Source of the DNA: an uncultured Acidobacteriota bacterium
GTDB taxonomy: Bacteria > Acidobacteriota > Vicinamibacteria > Vicinamibacterales > UBA8438
DNA length: 64,000 bases
Assembly (NCBI GenBank): GCA_913043225.1
Contig: CAJWLU010000003.1
Location: forward strand, 139,545-203,544
Reading direction: 5' to 3'
Made by a program: the position numbers and the translations under genes. The notes under the pieces are model-generated. The model did no database searches, was not told where the DNA came from, and worked only from the letters and a program-made list of their open reading frames with translations. Positions 18,827 through 27,892 of the stretch are shown piece after piece (positions within the stretch are counted from its first letter, which is position 1; every line of letters begins with the position of its first letter).

Positions 18827-19077
18827 GTCGCGCCCGAGGGGATTGGAGTCACTCGTTGATCAGGTAGACGGCAGTAGCGCCAGCCTCGATCTCTGGACCG
18901 AGGCTGGCAAACCGCGCATCCGTCCGGTCGGTCCGTGCCGTGAAGAAGTACGGTGTCGCCGAGACGCTTTGTGTCCACGGTCCCGATCTCGCCGCTCACG
19001 TCATGACGGCCGTCACGGCACGTGACCAGAACCCGAACTTCAGATAGAGACCGAGGTGCTTTGGGCTGTGGGCGAAC

Positions 19078-19587
19078 GTGAACAGCCCGACGTCGGAGGT
19101 CTCCCAGTGGTCCAAGGGCGTCATCATTGGCCCGAGCAGCGCGGACGCGACACCCTGGTTCCATTACTGCGGCATCACTGACAGTGGACCGAAGAAGCTG
19201 ACCCTGCCCCACCGAGTGGCGACGTTGGAGTCGAAGAGGGTCCCGTCGTTCTCGGCGAGTGGGTGAATCGAGAGCCGAGATACCGGATGTGGCTGTGGGG
19301 GTTGCATCGCGAACCGCGGAGTAGGCCCGTCCGTCTTCTGGTGGCGCGGTCCCTGCCACGCTCACGTAGAATGATGCGAGTCGGCAATGATCACACTGCC
19401 GAATCTCATTCTCGTAGACGAGCCCACTGGGAACCTCCGTTCGGCTTTGGGATAGGAAATAATGAACCTGTTTATCCAGCTCAACGATAAGGGCGCCACG
19501 ATCGTCCAGGTGATCCCCCTTGATGCGAGGGTTGCTTACGGCCGGCGCGTGGTCGAGCTGCGCGACGGATGGGTCGCGAAGCAGTAG
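19078..19587 (+). pseudogene. Decayed MacB/LolD-type ABC ATPase gene (in-frame stops, frameshifts, degraded Walker A)
   Basis: Fragment 1 (ORF 19078..19266) has KGVIIGPSSADAT where GxxGxGKST is expected. My own translation further on gives ...ITLPNLILVDEPTGNLRSALG*EIMNLFIQLNDKGATIVQVIPLDARVAYGRRVVELRDGWVAKQ*. That is a Walker B plus D-loop, an internal TAG, then the C-terminal THD...R.I.L.DG block with THD changed to IPLD. The stop is at 19585-19587. Confidence 0.6.
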
Positions 19588-19608
19588 CGGAGTCCTTGGA
19601 GTCCAGCA

Positions 19609-20928
19609 GTGGGTGAGCCCTCGACCACCGGTTCCGGAGCGGGGTCCGACCTCACCAGAAATCCCCGGTACATCTTCATCCTCGCCGTCGCCGCCGGCCT
19701 GATTCTGGTCATCGGTTGGTTGCTGAAGCCTGAAGAGAGCAGCACTGACTCGCCGGTGTCTGCGCCCTCCCAGGTCGAGCTGAGCCGCCTGCCCACCATG
19801 ACGGTTCGTCGGGATCTTGAAGACATGTCCGAGTTCTTCGCCGAGCTCGGCGAGGAGCTGTCGTCTACGGTGGTCCGCCTCGGTAGCGTGCGCCGGAGTG
19901 GTGTGATCTGGAGTGCGGACCGGGTCGTTACCGCGAGGGTTGGGTGGCGGTTCCCGGCGGCGGTCACGGTCGGCGCTGGGGGAGTGGAGGTCGGTGCCTA
20001 CACCGTGGTCTCCGGACCCCACCTGCCGATCGCGGCATTACGGACCCCCGAACTGGCCGGGGATGTGCCGCCGCAGGCGCGCCCGCTCGAGACGCTGTCA
20101 CCGGGGGAGTGGGTGCTGGCCGCCTGGCAGGGGGATTCCAGACACGGGTCTGCGCCCGGGACCTTTCTCGGCGTTGGTCGGCGAGAATGCGGCGAACATC
20201 GGCTCGACGAACTTGCGACGAGTGTCCCCATCCGGCCGGAGATGCTCGGGGGCGGGATCTTCGACCTTGACGGGAATCTGCTGGCGGTCCTGCTCCGCTG
20301 CGACGGCGAACCGGTTGCCGTGACTGTGGGAGGCGTGGCGATGTTGCTCGAGCGGGGCGGCAGTCATGACAGCCGACTCCGTACCCGCTGGGGCCTTCAG
20401 GTCGAAGTCTTGACCTCGGCCGAGGCGTTTCACTTCGGACTCGGAAATGGACTCCTCGTCAGACAGTTGTGGGAACGGTATCCCGGCGAGGCTGCCGGCC
20501 TGCGTCCAGGCGATGTGCTTCTGGCCCTCGACGGCACGCCGTTGCAAGACCTCGATGCCCTCCGTATTCTCGACGCTGATGCGGCACCCGGTCAGGAGGC
20601 GTTCAGCCTGGAACTCCGGCGGGGCCTCGAGACGTTGACGGTGTCGCTCCAGGCCCGCGGACTCGACACGCGGTTGGATGTCGAAATGCCCGATGCTACC
20701 GGTCTGGTCTGGGAGGAAGCGGAGCTGGGCTACCCGGTGGCGTCCGTGCTGCCGGGCACGCGGGCGGCCGATGCGGGGATTGAGCCAGGGGATCGGCTGC
20801 TACGTGTTGATCACCAGACTCCCGAGAGCCTAGACGCCGTCCGTGAGCTGCTGTCTGTCGAAGGTGGCGGCCCTGCCTTCCTCGAGCTGAGCCGGGACGG
20901 GCGACGGTGGGGGCTTCTCCTGCCGTGA
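19609..20928 (+). CDS. Membrane-anchored HtrA/DegP-like protein with two PDZ domains; the catalytic triad appears substituted
   Basis: N-terminal TM segment (YIFILAVAAGLILVIGWLL) and a trypsin-like core. Two PDZ-like segments are present (GLLVRQLWERYPGEAAGLRPGDVLLALDG and YPVASVLPGTRAADAGIEPGDRLLRVD). Where GNSGGPL is expected the sequence is MLGGGIF. Confidence 0.7.
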   Translation: MGEPSTTGSGAGSDLTRNPRYIFILAVAAGLILVIGWLLKPEESSTDSPVSAPSQVELSRLPTMTVRRDLEDMSEFFAELGEELSSTVVRLGSVRRSGVIWSADRVVTARVGWRFPAAVTVGAGGVEVGAYTVVSGPHLPIAALRTPELAGDVPPQARPLETLSPGEWVLAAWQGDSRHGSAPGTFLGVGRRECGEHRLDELATSVPIRPEMLGGGIFDLDGNLLAVLLRCDGEPVAVTVGGVAMLLERGGSHDSRLRTRWGLQVEVLTSAEAFHFGLGNGLLVRQLWERYPGEAAGLRPGDVLLALDGTPLQDLDALRILDADAAPGQEAFSLELRRGLETLTVSLQARGLDTRLDVEMPDATGLVWEEAELGYPVASVLPGTRAADAGIEPGDRLLRVDHQTPESLDAVRELLSVEGGGPAFLELSRDGRRWGLLLP

Positions 20929-20971
20929 GCACGCGCCCCTCGCAGCTCGCCGAAGCGACGCCAGGACGTTC

Positions 20972-22192
20972 ATGGACGAACTGACGTCACTCGGGTTGAT
21001 CCTGCTGCTGGCACTGCTGGCTGGGCATCTGGTGCGCTACGCCCACGTGCCGGAAGTCACCGGGTACATCCTGGCCGGGGTGGCGCTTGGACCGTCGGTG
21101 CTGGGGTGGGTTAGTCATGAAAACCTAGCGGCGCTGCAGGTCCTCAGCGAGGTCGCGCTCGGACTGATCCTGTTCTCGATCGGGTCGGTCTTCGAGTACT
21201 CGCTCTTTCGTCGGGCGGGGCGCCAGATTCTCTATCTAACCCTGATCGAATCGGTACTGGCCGCGGTCCTGGTAACCGGCGGCATGTTGCTGCTCGGGCT
21301 GCCCTGGCAGGTGGCCGGCCTGCTCGGGGCGGTCGCCATGGCTACCGCCCCGGCATCGACCCTGATGGTCATCCGAGAGGTGGACAGTCGGGGGCCGTTG
21401 ACGGACAACCTGCTCGGGATTATCGCTGTCAACAACCTGTTCTGCATAACCGCCTACAGCCTGGTCGCCGCCGCGATCGACCTGACCGATAATCTCGGCG
21501 GGGCCTTCTTGCCCACGCTGTATCGCTCGGTGTTTCCTTTTGTGTGGCAGTTGTTCGGGTCGGTCGCCCTCGGGTTCCTCGTGGGGTTGATGCTGGCCGG
21601 GTGGTCGCGACAGGTACGAGAGACGGGCGAGATGCTCATCCTGCTCGCCGGTTCGATTCTGCTGTGTGTCGGGCTCTCGCGGTTGCTCGATCTGTCGCCG
21701 CTGGTCGCCAGCCTGGCCGTAGGTGCCACCATGGTGAATCTTGCGGCGCAGAGTCGGAAGCTGTTCGGGACGCTTGCCGGCACGGATCCGCCGTTCTATG
21801 CGATCTTCTTCGTCATTGCCGGCGCCGACCTCGACGTCAGCTTGGTTCCCACGATGGGAGCGGCCGGGCTGCTCTACATTGTCGCGCGCGCGCTCGGGAA
21901 GTTCATTGGGGCCCGCGTGGGTGCCCAGTGGCTCAGGCTCGGGCCTGCGGTTCGCCGCTATCTCGGTCTGGCACTGATGGCCCAGGCCGGCCTGGCGGTC
22001 GGGTTGACGCTCGCCATCGATGACCGGTTCGAGACCTACGCGCCTCAGGTGTCGACGGTGGTGCTTGCGGCCGTCGTCATATACGAGATGATCGGTCCGA
22101 TCGCCACCCGGTTCGCGCTGGTGCGCAGCGGGGAGTCGGCTATGTCTGGAGAAGGGCCGCGCGCGGTGTTCGAGGCGGGCGCCCGAGGCTGA
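20972..22192 (+). CDS. Cation:proton antiporter (CPA2 / Kef-type Na+/H+ exchanger family)
   Basis: 406 aa and polytopic. The N-terminus LGLILLLALLAGHLVRYAHVPEVTGYILAGVALGPSVLG is typical of Na_H_Exchanger family proteins. Confidence 0.85.
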   Translation: MDELTSLGLILLLALLAGHLVRYAHVPEVTGYILAGVALGPSVLGWVSHENLAALQVLSEVALGLILFSIGSVFEYSLFRRAGRQILYLTLIESVLAAVLVTGGMLLLGLPWQVAGLLGAVAMATAPASTLMVIREVDSRGPLTDNLLGIIAVNNLFCITAYSLVAAAIDLTDNLGGAFLPTLYRSVFPFVWQLFGSVALGFLVGLMLAGWSRQVRETGEMLILLAGSILLCVGLSRLLDLSPLVASLAVGATMVNLAAQSRKLFGTLAGTDPPFYAIFFVIAGADLDVSLVPTMGAAGLLYIVARALGKFIGARVGAQWLRLGPAVRRYLGLALMAQAGLAVGLTLAIDDRFETYAPQVSTVVLAAVVIYEMIGPIATRFALVRSGESAMSGEGPRAVFEAGARG

Positions 22193-22237
22193 TCCGTCCG
22201 CGCCTATCTACCACCCTGAAGGAGTACTGCCCGACTC

Positions 22238-23413
22238 ATGTCCGACCATCGCGCCTTGCAGCGTATCGCCGATTTCGACCTGACCGACACCCAACGCCAG
22301 GTGCGCGCCGCAGTGCGCGAGTTCGCCGAACGGGAGATTCTGCCGACGGTCGAGGAGCATGAGGAGGCGAGGCGTTACCCGCGTGCGCTGATCGAGCAGC
22401 TGGCTCCCCTGGGCTATCTGGCGCCGTTGATTCCGGAGGAGTACGGTGGCTCCTTCAGCGACGTGGTCACCTACGGCATCGTCTGCGAAGAGCTCGCTCG
22501 GGTGGACTGGGTGGTCGCGTCGGCCGTGTCGGTCGCCAACTCCCTGGTCGGCAGTTCGATCCTTGAGTTCGGGACCGAGGAGCAGCGTCAGCGTTTTCTC
22601 CCCCGACTTGCCCGGGGCGAGATTCTCGCCTCGGCCTGTCTGACCGAGCCGGGAGGAGGGACGGACCTCGCGGGCATGCGCACCCGGGCTCGACCCGATG
22701 GGGAGGGCTGGCGCCTCAGCGGAAGTAAGGTGTTCATCTCCCATGCTGCCGAAGCCGGGGTCTTTTTGATCGCCGCGACCGTCGCTCCCGAGAAGGCGCA
22801 TCGCGGGGTCACCATGTTCCTGCTCGATCCGGCCGTCGACGGAATCCAGATTAATCCGCTTCCGATGCGGACCCTGCAGCGGGACAACATCGCCGAGGTG
22901 CACTTCGATGACGTTCGGCTCGGGCCCGACGCTGTCTTGGGAAAGCCTGGCCGGGGCTTCCCGATCCTCGGCGCGGCTCTCGACACTGGCCGCTTTTCGG
23001 TGGCGGCGCGGTGTATCGGTCAGGCGCAGCGCGCGGTCGATCTTTCCTTGCCCTACGCTCGCGAGCGGGAGGCTTTCGGGCAGCCGATCGGCGAGTTCCA
23101 GATGGTGCAACAGAAGATCGCCGACATGATCTGCCGGACCGAGGCGGCGCGAGCGCTGGTCTATCGTCTAGGACGAATGAAAGACGCGGGGCTCGAACGC
23201 TGCTCCATGGAGGCGTCGATGGCGAAGCTGATGGCGAGTGAGGCAGCCACGCAGAACGCACTCGACGCTATCCAGATCTTCGGTGGCTACGGATTTTCGT
23301 CAGAGTATGAGGTGGGACGGTTGCTCCTCGAAGCGAAGACACTCGAGGTTGGAGAGGGAACCAGCGAGCTCCATCGCAAGCTGATCGCGGAGTTTGGTTT
23401 GGGGCTGCGCTGA
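22238..23413 (+). CDS. Acyl-CoA dehydrogenase
   Basis: 391 aa. ACLTEPGGGTDLAGMRT, catalytic-base region EVGEGTSELHRKLIA, and typical length and domain order. Confidence 0.9.
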   Translation: MSDHRALQRIADFDLTDTQRQVRAAVREFAEREILPTVEEHEEARRYPRALIEQLAPLGYLAPLIPEEYGGSFSDVVTYGIVCEELARVDWVVASAVSVANSLVGSSILEFGTEEQRQRFLPRLARGEILASACLTEPGGGTDLAGMRTRARPDGEGWRLSGSKVFISHAAEAGVFLIAATVAPEKAHRGVTMFLLDPAVDGIQINPLPMRTLQRDNIAEVHFDDVRLGPDAVLGKPGRGFPILGAALDTGRFSVAARCIGQAQRAVDLSLPYAREREAFGQPIGEFQMVQQKIADMICRTEAARALVYRLGRMKDAGLERCSMEASMAKLMASEAATQNALDAIQIFGGYGFSSEYEVGRLLLEAKTLEVGEGTSELHRKLIAEFGLGLR

Positions 23414-23471
23414 CAGCGGCTAGGCGGCGGGCGGCTCACCCTCTTGGACCGCCTTCGCCGCGATCGATTGG

Positions 23472-23654
23472 TTGGCCACACGGACCCGGTTCGCACACGT
23501 TGTCCTCGACCACCCGCTCGAGCATTCCCGATTCACGAAGGTTGATGTGCTTTCGTCCCCGCACTGTGGCCAGTATTTCTGGGCGCAGTCGCTCGCCAAG
23601 CCCAATGATGACGTCGTGGCCTGGCTGGCTGCCGCCTATCGCCAGAGCAGCTGA
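23472..23654 (+). other. Short ORF, possibly the C-terminal fragment of a larger gene
   Basis: 60-aa TTG-initiated ORF (…FAHVVLDHPLEHSRFTKVDVLSSPHCGQYFWAQSLAKPNDDVVAWLAAAYRQSS). The frame is open back to the stop of the preceding gene, with no room for a full-length protein. The assignment is uncertain. Confidence 0.25.
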
Positions 23655-23698
23655 CCTGTCCCCCCGGTCCCCCACCCGCGCCGTGGTACGATCCCGGC

Positions 23699-24229
23699 AT
23701 GATCCGATTCGGTCTGGTAAGCGCCGCCCTGTCTCTGCTCTATCCGACGGTGGCATTCGCGCAGCCGACCCTGCGCTATGAGACGCCGACGGAATGGACC
23801 GAGTCGCCCTCTCGGTCGCCGATGCGAGTCACCCAGTTCATCCTGCCACGGGTACCGGGAGATCCGGAGGACGCGGAACTGGTGGTCTTTTACTTTGGCG
23901 GCGCGGGCGGAAGTGTCGACGCGAACCTTCAGCGCTGGATCGGGCAGATGGAACAGCCTGACGGCCGCTCCTCGTTCGAGGCGGCGGCGACCATCGGCTT
24001 CGATGCCGATGGTCTGGCGGTGACGCTGCTCGAGGTGCCAGGGACCTATGTGGCGGCTGTCCGACCCGGCTCGACCGAGCGCTTCAACAAGCCGGACTAC
24101 CGACTGATGGCGGCCGTCGTCGAATCACCCGCTGGCCCGTATTTCTTCAAGCTCGTCGGACCCGACCGCACTGTGGAGCGGTGGGACGAGGTGTTCACGT
24201 CGTTTCTCAGGAACGTGCGCGTCGAATGA
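23699..24229 (+). CDS. Secreted hypothetical protein
   Basis: Signal peptide MIRFGLVSAALSLLYPTVAFAQ. 176 aa with no motif that I recognise. Confidence 0.6.
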   Translation: MIRFGLVSAALSLLYPTVAFAQPTLRYETPTEWTESPSRSPMRVTQFILPRVPGDPEDAELVVFYFGGAGGSVDANLQRWIGQMEQPDGRSSFEAAATIGFDADGLAVTLLEVPGTYVAAVRPGSTERFNKPDYRLMAAVVESPAGPYFFKLVGPDRTVERWDEVFTSFLRNVRVE

Positions 24230-24233
24230 TCGA

Positions 24234-24649
24234 ATGATCGCAATCCGGCGAAAGAAGGTGGACACCTCGAGGCAGGACGATGTCCACGATTTCACGAAGG
24301 TGGTCGGTCGGATCGTGGTTGGGTCCGGGTGTTGGTTCGGCTTGGCGACGGTGAGCATTGTCGGCTCCACCGTGGCCCTGACCACCATCGAGTATGAGCC
24401 GGGCGCGGTTGCCGACTTCAACGGTCTGTTTGAGACCCTGGCGCCTCCGGACGTGCACGATGCTTATCACGAACGCTGGAGCGACGACAACGGGTCCAGC
24501 CACGTGCGCGCGGCGCTTGTGGGGCCATCGCTCAGCTGCCGTTCGAAGACGTTCAGCTCATGCTGGGTACGTGGCAAGAGATCATCCGCTTCGAATGTGA
24601 CACTCGACTTCGCCAGCAACCATTGGGCGTACAGGTGATGGGCGAGTAG
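24234..24649 (+). pseudogene. YjbQ/UPF0047 family gene (secondary thiamine-phosphate synthase-like) with a 1-nt frameshift
   Basis: Track ORF 24234..24638 matches YjbQ up to ...DDNGSSHVRAALVGPSLS. The conserved C-terminal block PFEDVQLMLGTWQEIIRFECDTRLRQQPLGVQVMGE* is read only after shifting frame near 24536-24540. The stop TAG is at 24647-24649, and the total length is not a multiple of 3. Confidence 0.65.
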
Positions 24650-24662
24650 GCTGGGCGCGAGC

Positions 24663-25979
24663 ATGCTCGATTTTCAGAAATACACGCTGGACAACGGTCT
24701 CGATGTCATCCTCCATGAGGACCACCGGTGTCCGATCGTGGCGGTCAACCTGTGGTATCACGTCGGGTCCAAGAATGAGCGGCCCGGGCGCACGGGATTG
24801 GCGCACCTGTTCGAGCACTTGATGTTCGAGGGGTCCGCGCACCACGACAGCGGGTTCTTCGAGCCGCTGCAAAAGGCGGGCGGCGCCCTCAACGGGTCGA
24901 CTAACTGCGACCGCACCAACTACTGGGAGGTGGTGCCGGCCGAGGCGCTGGAGCTCGCCCTCTGGTTGGAGTCTGATCGGATGGGGCACCTCTTGCCGGC
25001 TTTGACCCAGGAGAAGTTCGACAACCAACGGGATGTCGTTATTAACGAGCGGCGGCAGCGCTACGAGAACCGGCCCTACGGGATGGTGTCGATGGCCCTG
25101 ATGGCCGCGTTGTTTCCGCCCGCTCATCCCTATCACTGGACCACCATCGGCGAAACCGCGGATCTGCGGGCCGCCACCCTCGATGATGCTCGCGATTTCT
25201 TCGAGCGCTACTACCATCCTGCCAACGCGTCGCTGACGGTGGCTGGCGACATCGACCCCGACGCGACCCTGGCGCTCGCGCAGCGGTACTTCTCCCCGCT
25301 GCCGACGGCCGCCGAGCCGCCGACGCTGACGCCACCTTTTGACCAGAACTCATTCGACGCCGAGTTGGGCAGGCGTCTCCTGCTCGAGGACCGGGTGGAG
25401 CTGCCTCGTCTCTACCTGGCCTGGCGGACCCCGGCGCTCTTTGCTGCGGGAGATGCGGGACTCGACATGTTGGCGGAGGTACTGAGCGGCGGCAAGACTT
25501 CCCGCCTGTATCGGCGCCTGGTCCACGAAGAACGCGTGGCCACCGACGTTTCAGCCGTGCAGGGCTCGCGCGAGCTGGACGGGTGGTTCTCGATCACCGC
25601 CACCGCCGCGCCGGGGCGACGGCTGACCGAGCTTGATGAGATCATCGGCGAAGAGCTCGGGCGTCTCGTGGCGGATGGGCCGACCGACGATGAGATCGAG
25701 CGGGGATTGGCCCAGGTGGATGCGCAATTTGTGTATCGGCTACAGACTGTTGGAGGGTTCAACGGCCGGTCTGATCAGTTAAACGCCTACAACGTCTACA
25801 CCGGCGATCCGGGCTTCATGTCGAGGGATCGTGCGAGGTACTCGGATTCTACGCCGGCGGCGGTGCGGATGCTGGCCGATCGCTGGCTGACGTCGTCCGG
25901 CCGCGTTGCGCTGAGCGTCGTGCCCGAGGGCGCGGCAGCGGATGCGTTGCACGGCTCGATCCCGGCGGTAGTGTCGTGA
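24663..25979 (+). CDS. M16 family zinc peptidase (pitrilysin-like), catalytic subunit
   Basis: Inverted zinc motif HxxEH in GLAHLFEHLMFEGS, with a downstream E in NERRQRYENRPYG. 438 aa. Confidence 0.9.
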   Translation: MLDFQKYTLDNGLDVILHEDHRCPIVAVNLWYHVGSKNERPGRTGLAHLFEHLMFEGSAHHDSGFFEPLQKAGGALNGSTNCDRTNYWEVVPAEALELALWLESDRMGHLLPALTQEKFDNQRDVVINERRQRYENRPYGMVSMALMAALFPPAHPYHWTTIGETADLRAATLDDARDFFERYYHPANASLTVAGDIDPDATLALAQRYFSPLPTAAEPPTLTPPFDQNSFDAELGRRLLLEDRVELPRLYLAWRTPALFAAGDAGLDMLAEVLSGGKTSRLYRRLVHEERVATDVSAVQGSRELDGWFSITATAAPGRRLTELDEIIGEELGRLVADGPTDDEIERGLAQVDAQFVYRLQTVGGFNGRSDQLNAYNVYTGDPGFMSRDRARYSDSTPAAVRMLADRWLTSSGRVALSVVPEGAAADALHGSIPAVVS

Positions 25980-27349
25980 CCACTGCGGTAGACCGCACAC
26001 GGCTGCCCGTGCCAGGCAATCCGCCCTTGGTCCGTTTCCCGTCGGCCAGGGTTGCACGTCTACCTTCGGGTTTGGGCCTCCGCACGGTCGAGCATCCCGG
26101 CCCGCCGGTCGTGACCTGTGCGTTGAGTGTGCCGGTCGGGTCAGCGTCTGATCCCGTTGACCATCCCGGCCTTGTAGCGCTCACGGCGGACCTCTTCGAC
26201 GACGGGAGCGTTAAGCGACCGTCGCTGGAACTCCACGGGGCGCTCGATCGGATCGGTGCCAGGCTGGGGACCGAGGTCGGCACCGACTCGACGACCGTTT
26301 CGCTGACGACGCTTAGCCAATACGCCGTCGAGGGCCTGCGGTTGCTGGCTGAGATCGTTTCTCAGCCCCGCTTCGACCCCCTCGACGTAGAGCGGGTGCG
26401 CGACCTCCGCCGCAGCCGTCTCCGACAACTGAAGACCGTGCCAGGCGCAGTCGCGGACCGCCTGTTTCTTGAGACGATCTTCGGTCCGCATCCCTACGGC
26501 CATCTGGGTCTCGGCACCGACGAGGCGCTCGCGTCCATGGCGGCCGGGCTGGTGCGCGACTTCCATGGGGAAGCGTTCCGCCTCGGACCGGCAACCCTAG
26601 TCGTAGTAGGGGCGCTGTCGCATGAGGAGGCGGCGTCGGTGGCGGCCAAGGCCTTCACCGACGTGCCGGCGGTTCCCGCGACAACGGTCGTCGTTGATGC
26701 GGCGGCCGTCCCGGCGCCGCCCGCGCCGGCGGGCCGTCTGTTCGTCGTCGATCGGCCAGGCGCCGTGCAGACCGAGCTGCGCATCGGTCATCTGGGTGTC
26801 CGGCGGTTGACGCCGGACTATCACGCATTGCTTGCGCTCAATATGGTGCTGGGCGGGCAGTTCACCAGCCGGTTAAACCAGCGCCTTCGGGAAGATCGGG
26901 GCTATACCTACGGCGTTAGGACGTCGTTCGATTGCCGACGAGCGCCCGGTCCCTTCTCCATGGACGGGAGTGTCCAGTCAGATGCGACGGTCGAGACCGT
27001 GACGGAAGTACTGGGTGAGATGTCCGGTATTGGTCGAGACCGACCGGTGACGGCTGACGAGCTAGCGCTGGCTAGAGCGGCACTGACGCGGGGGTTCGCG
27101 CGCGGGTTTGAGACCGCGGGGCAAGTGGCCCGGGGGCTGACCCGCCTTCTGATCCAGCAATTGCCGCCAGACTACTACGACACTTTCGTGCCCCTGGTCG
27201 CAGGGGTTGACGAGGCCGCCGTGACCGAGGCGGCTCTGACCCACCTCCGGCCGGAAGAGGCCGTCGTGGTCGCGGTCGGGCCGGTCGAGCAGTTTGGCGC
27301 CGGGCTCGAGACGCTTGGACTCGGGCCGCTTCAGGTTGTCGACGCCTAA
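25976..27349 (+). CDS. M16 family peptidase-like protein, non-catalytic partner (no HxxEH)
   Basis: 4-nt overlap with the upstream M16 gene. It has the same fold signature, but the equivalent region reads PGLVALTADLFDDGS. Confidence 0.85.
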   Translation: MTTAVDRTRLPVPGNPPLVRFPSARVARLPSGLGLRTVEHPGPPVVTCALSVPVGSASDPVDHPGLVALTADLFDDGSVKRPSLELHGALDRIGARLGTEVGTDSTTVSLTTLSQYAVEGLRLLAEIVSQPRFDPLDVERVRDLRRSRLRQLKTVPGAVADRLFLETIFGPHPYGHLGLGTDEALASMAAGLVRDFHGEAFRLGPATLVVVGALSHEEAASVAAKAFTDVPAVPATTVVVDAAAVPAPPAPAGRLFVVDRPGAVQTELRIGHLGVRRLTPDYHALLALNMVLGGQFTSRLNQRLREDRGYTYGVRTSFDCRRAPGPFSMDGSVQSDATVETVTEVLGEMSGIGRDRPVTADELALARAALTRGFARGFETAGQVARGLTRLLIQQLPPDYYDTFVPLVAGVDEAAVTEAALTHLRPEEAVVVAVGPVEQFGAGLETLGLGPLQVVDA

Positions 27350-27379
27350 TTCGCGCCATAATCTGGTCTGGTCTCAGGC

Positions 27380-27631
27380 ATGCAGGCCATTCGCTTTCAC
27401 GAGCACGGCGGCATTGATGTCCTGAAGCTGGAGGACATTCCAGATCCCTCTCCCGTGCCAGGAGAGGGACTGGTCGAGGTGCGGACCTGTGCCCTCAACT
27501 ATCTCGCTTTCTGGCAGCGCCGGGGTATCCACGGGGTCCGTCTTCCGCATATCGTCAGCAGCGACATCGCCGGGGTCGTGCGCCGAGCCCAGTTCGGCAA
27601 GGGCTTGCTCGACGTTGGGGAAAGCCGTTGA
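27380..27631 (+). pseudogene. N-terminal fragment of an MDR-family quinone oxidoreductase / Zn-alcohol dehydrogenase
   Basis: MQAIRFHEHGGIDVLKLEDIPDPSPVPGEGLVEVRTCALNYLAFWQRRGIHGVRLPHIVSSDIAGVV is the GroES-like domain start. The ORF stops after 83 aa, and no Rossmann domain follows in any frame. Confidence 0.5.
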
Positions 27632-27671
27632 GCTGCTAGCTCTGTCAAGTCTGCTGGGGATCCAGCCGGTC

Positions 27672-27875
27672 ATGAGTCTGACCAGAATAGGAATGAGCGT
27701 CGCGGGAGCCGTGGGCATCATTGCGGCCACGCTTGCTGCGGCGACGATCTGGCTCTTGCTGACCGATCCGGTCACCGTGGCCGATGCGGTGAACGAGCAG
27801 GACGTTACCCCGTTCGTGCGCCAGTTGGCGCGCGTCCTCTATGACGCCGTGATCCGAATCGCCAGATACCTGTAA
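27672..27875 (+). CDS. Hypothetical small membrane protein
   Basis: ATG at 27672 within ORF 27489..27875 gives MSLTRIGMSVAGAVGIIAATLAAATIWLLLTDP..., one TM segment plus an amphipathic tail. Support is weak. Confidence 0.3.
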   Translation: MSLTRIGMSVAGAVGIIAATLAAATIWLLLTDPVTVADAVNEQDVTPFVRQLARVLYDAVIRIARYL

Positions 27876-27892
27876 GCGCGCCGTGATGCTCG

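Noticed and set aside
18406-20022. 538-aa minus-strand ORF, the longest unexplained ORF in the track
   Set aside because: It runs antisense to the lysC 3' end, the ABC pseudogene and the HtrA-like gene. Its composition (Arg/Pro/Gly/Ser-rich, no motifs) is typical of spurious antisense ORFs in high-GC DNA.
22208-23110. 300-aa minus-strand ORF
   Set aside because: It is antisense to the acyl-CoA dehydrogenase gene, which has clear family motifs.
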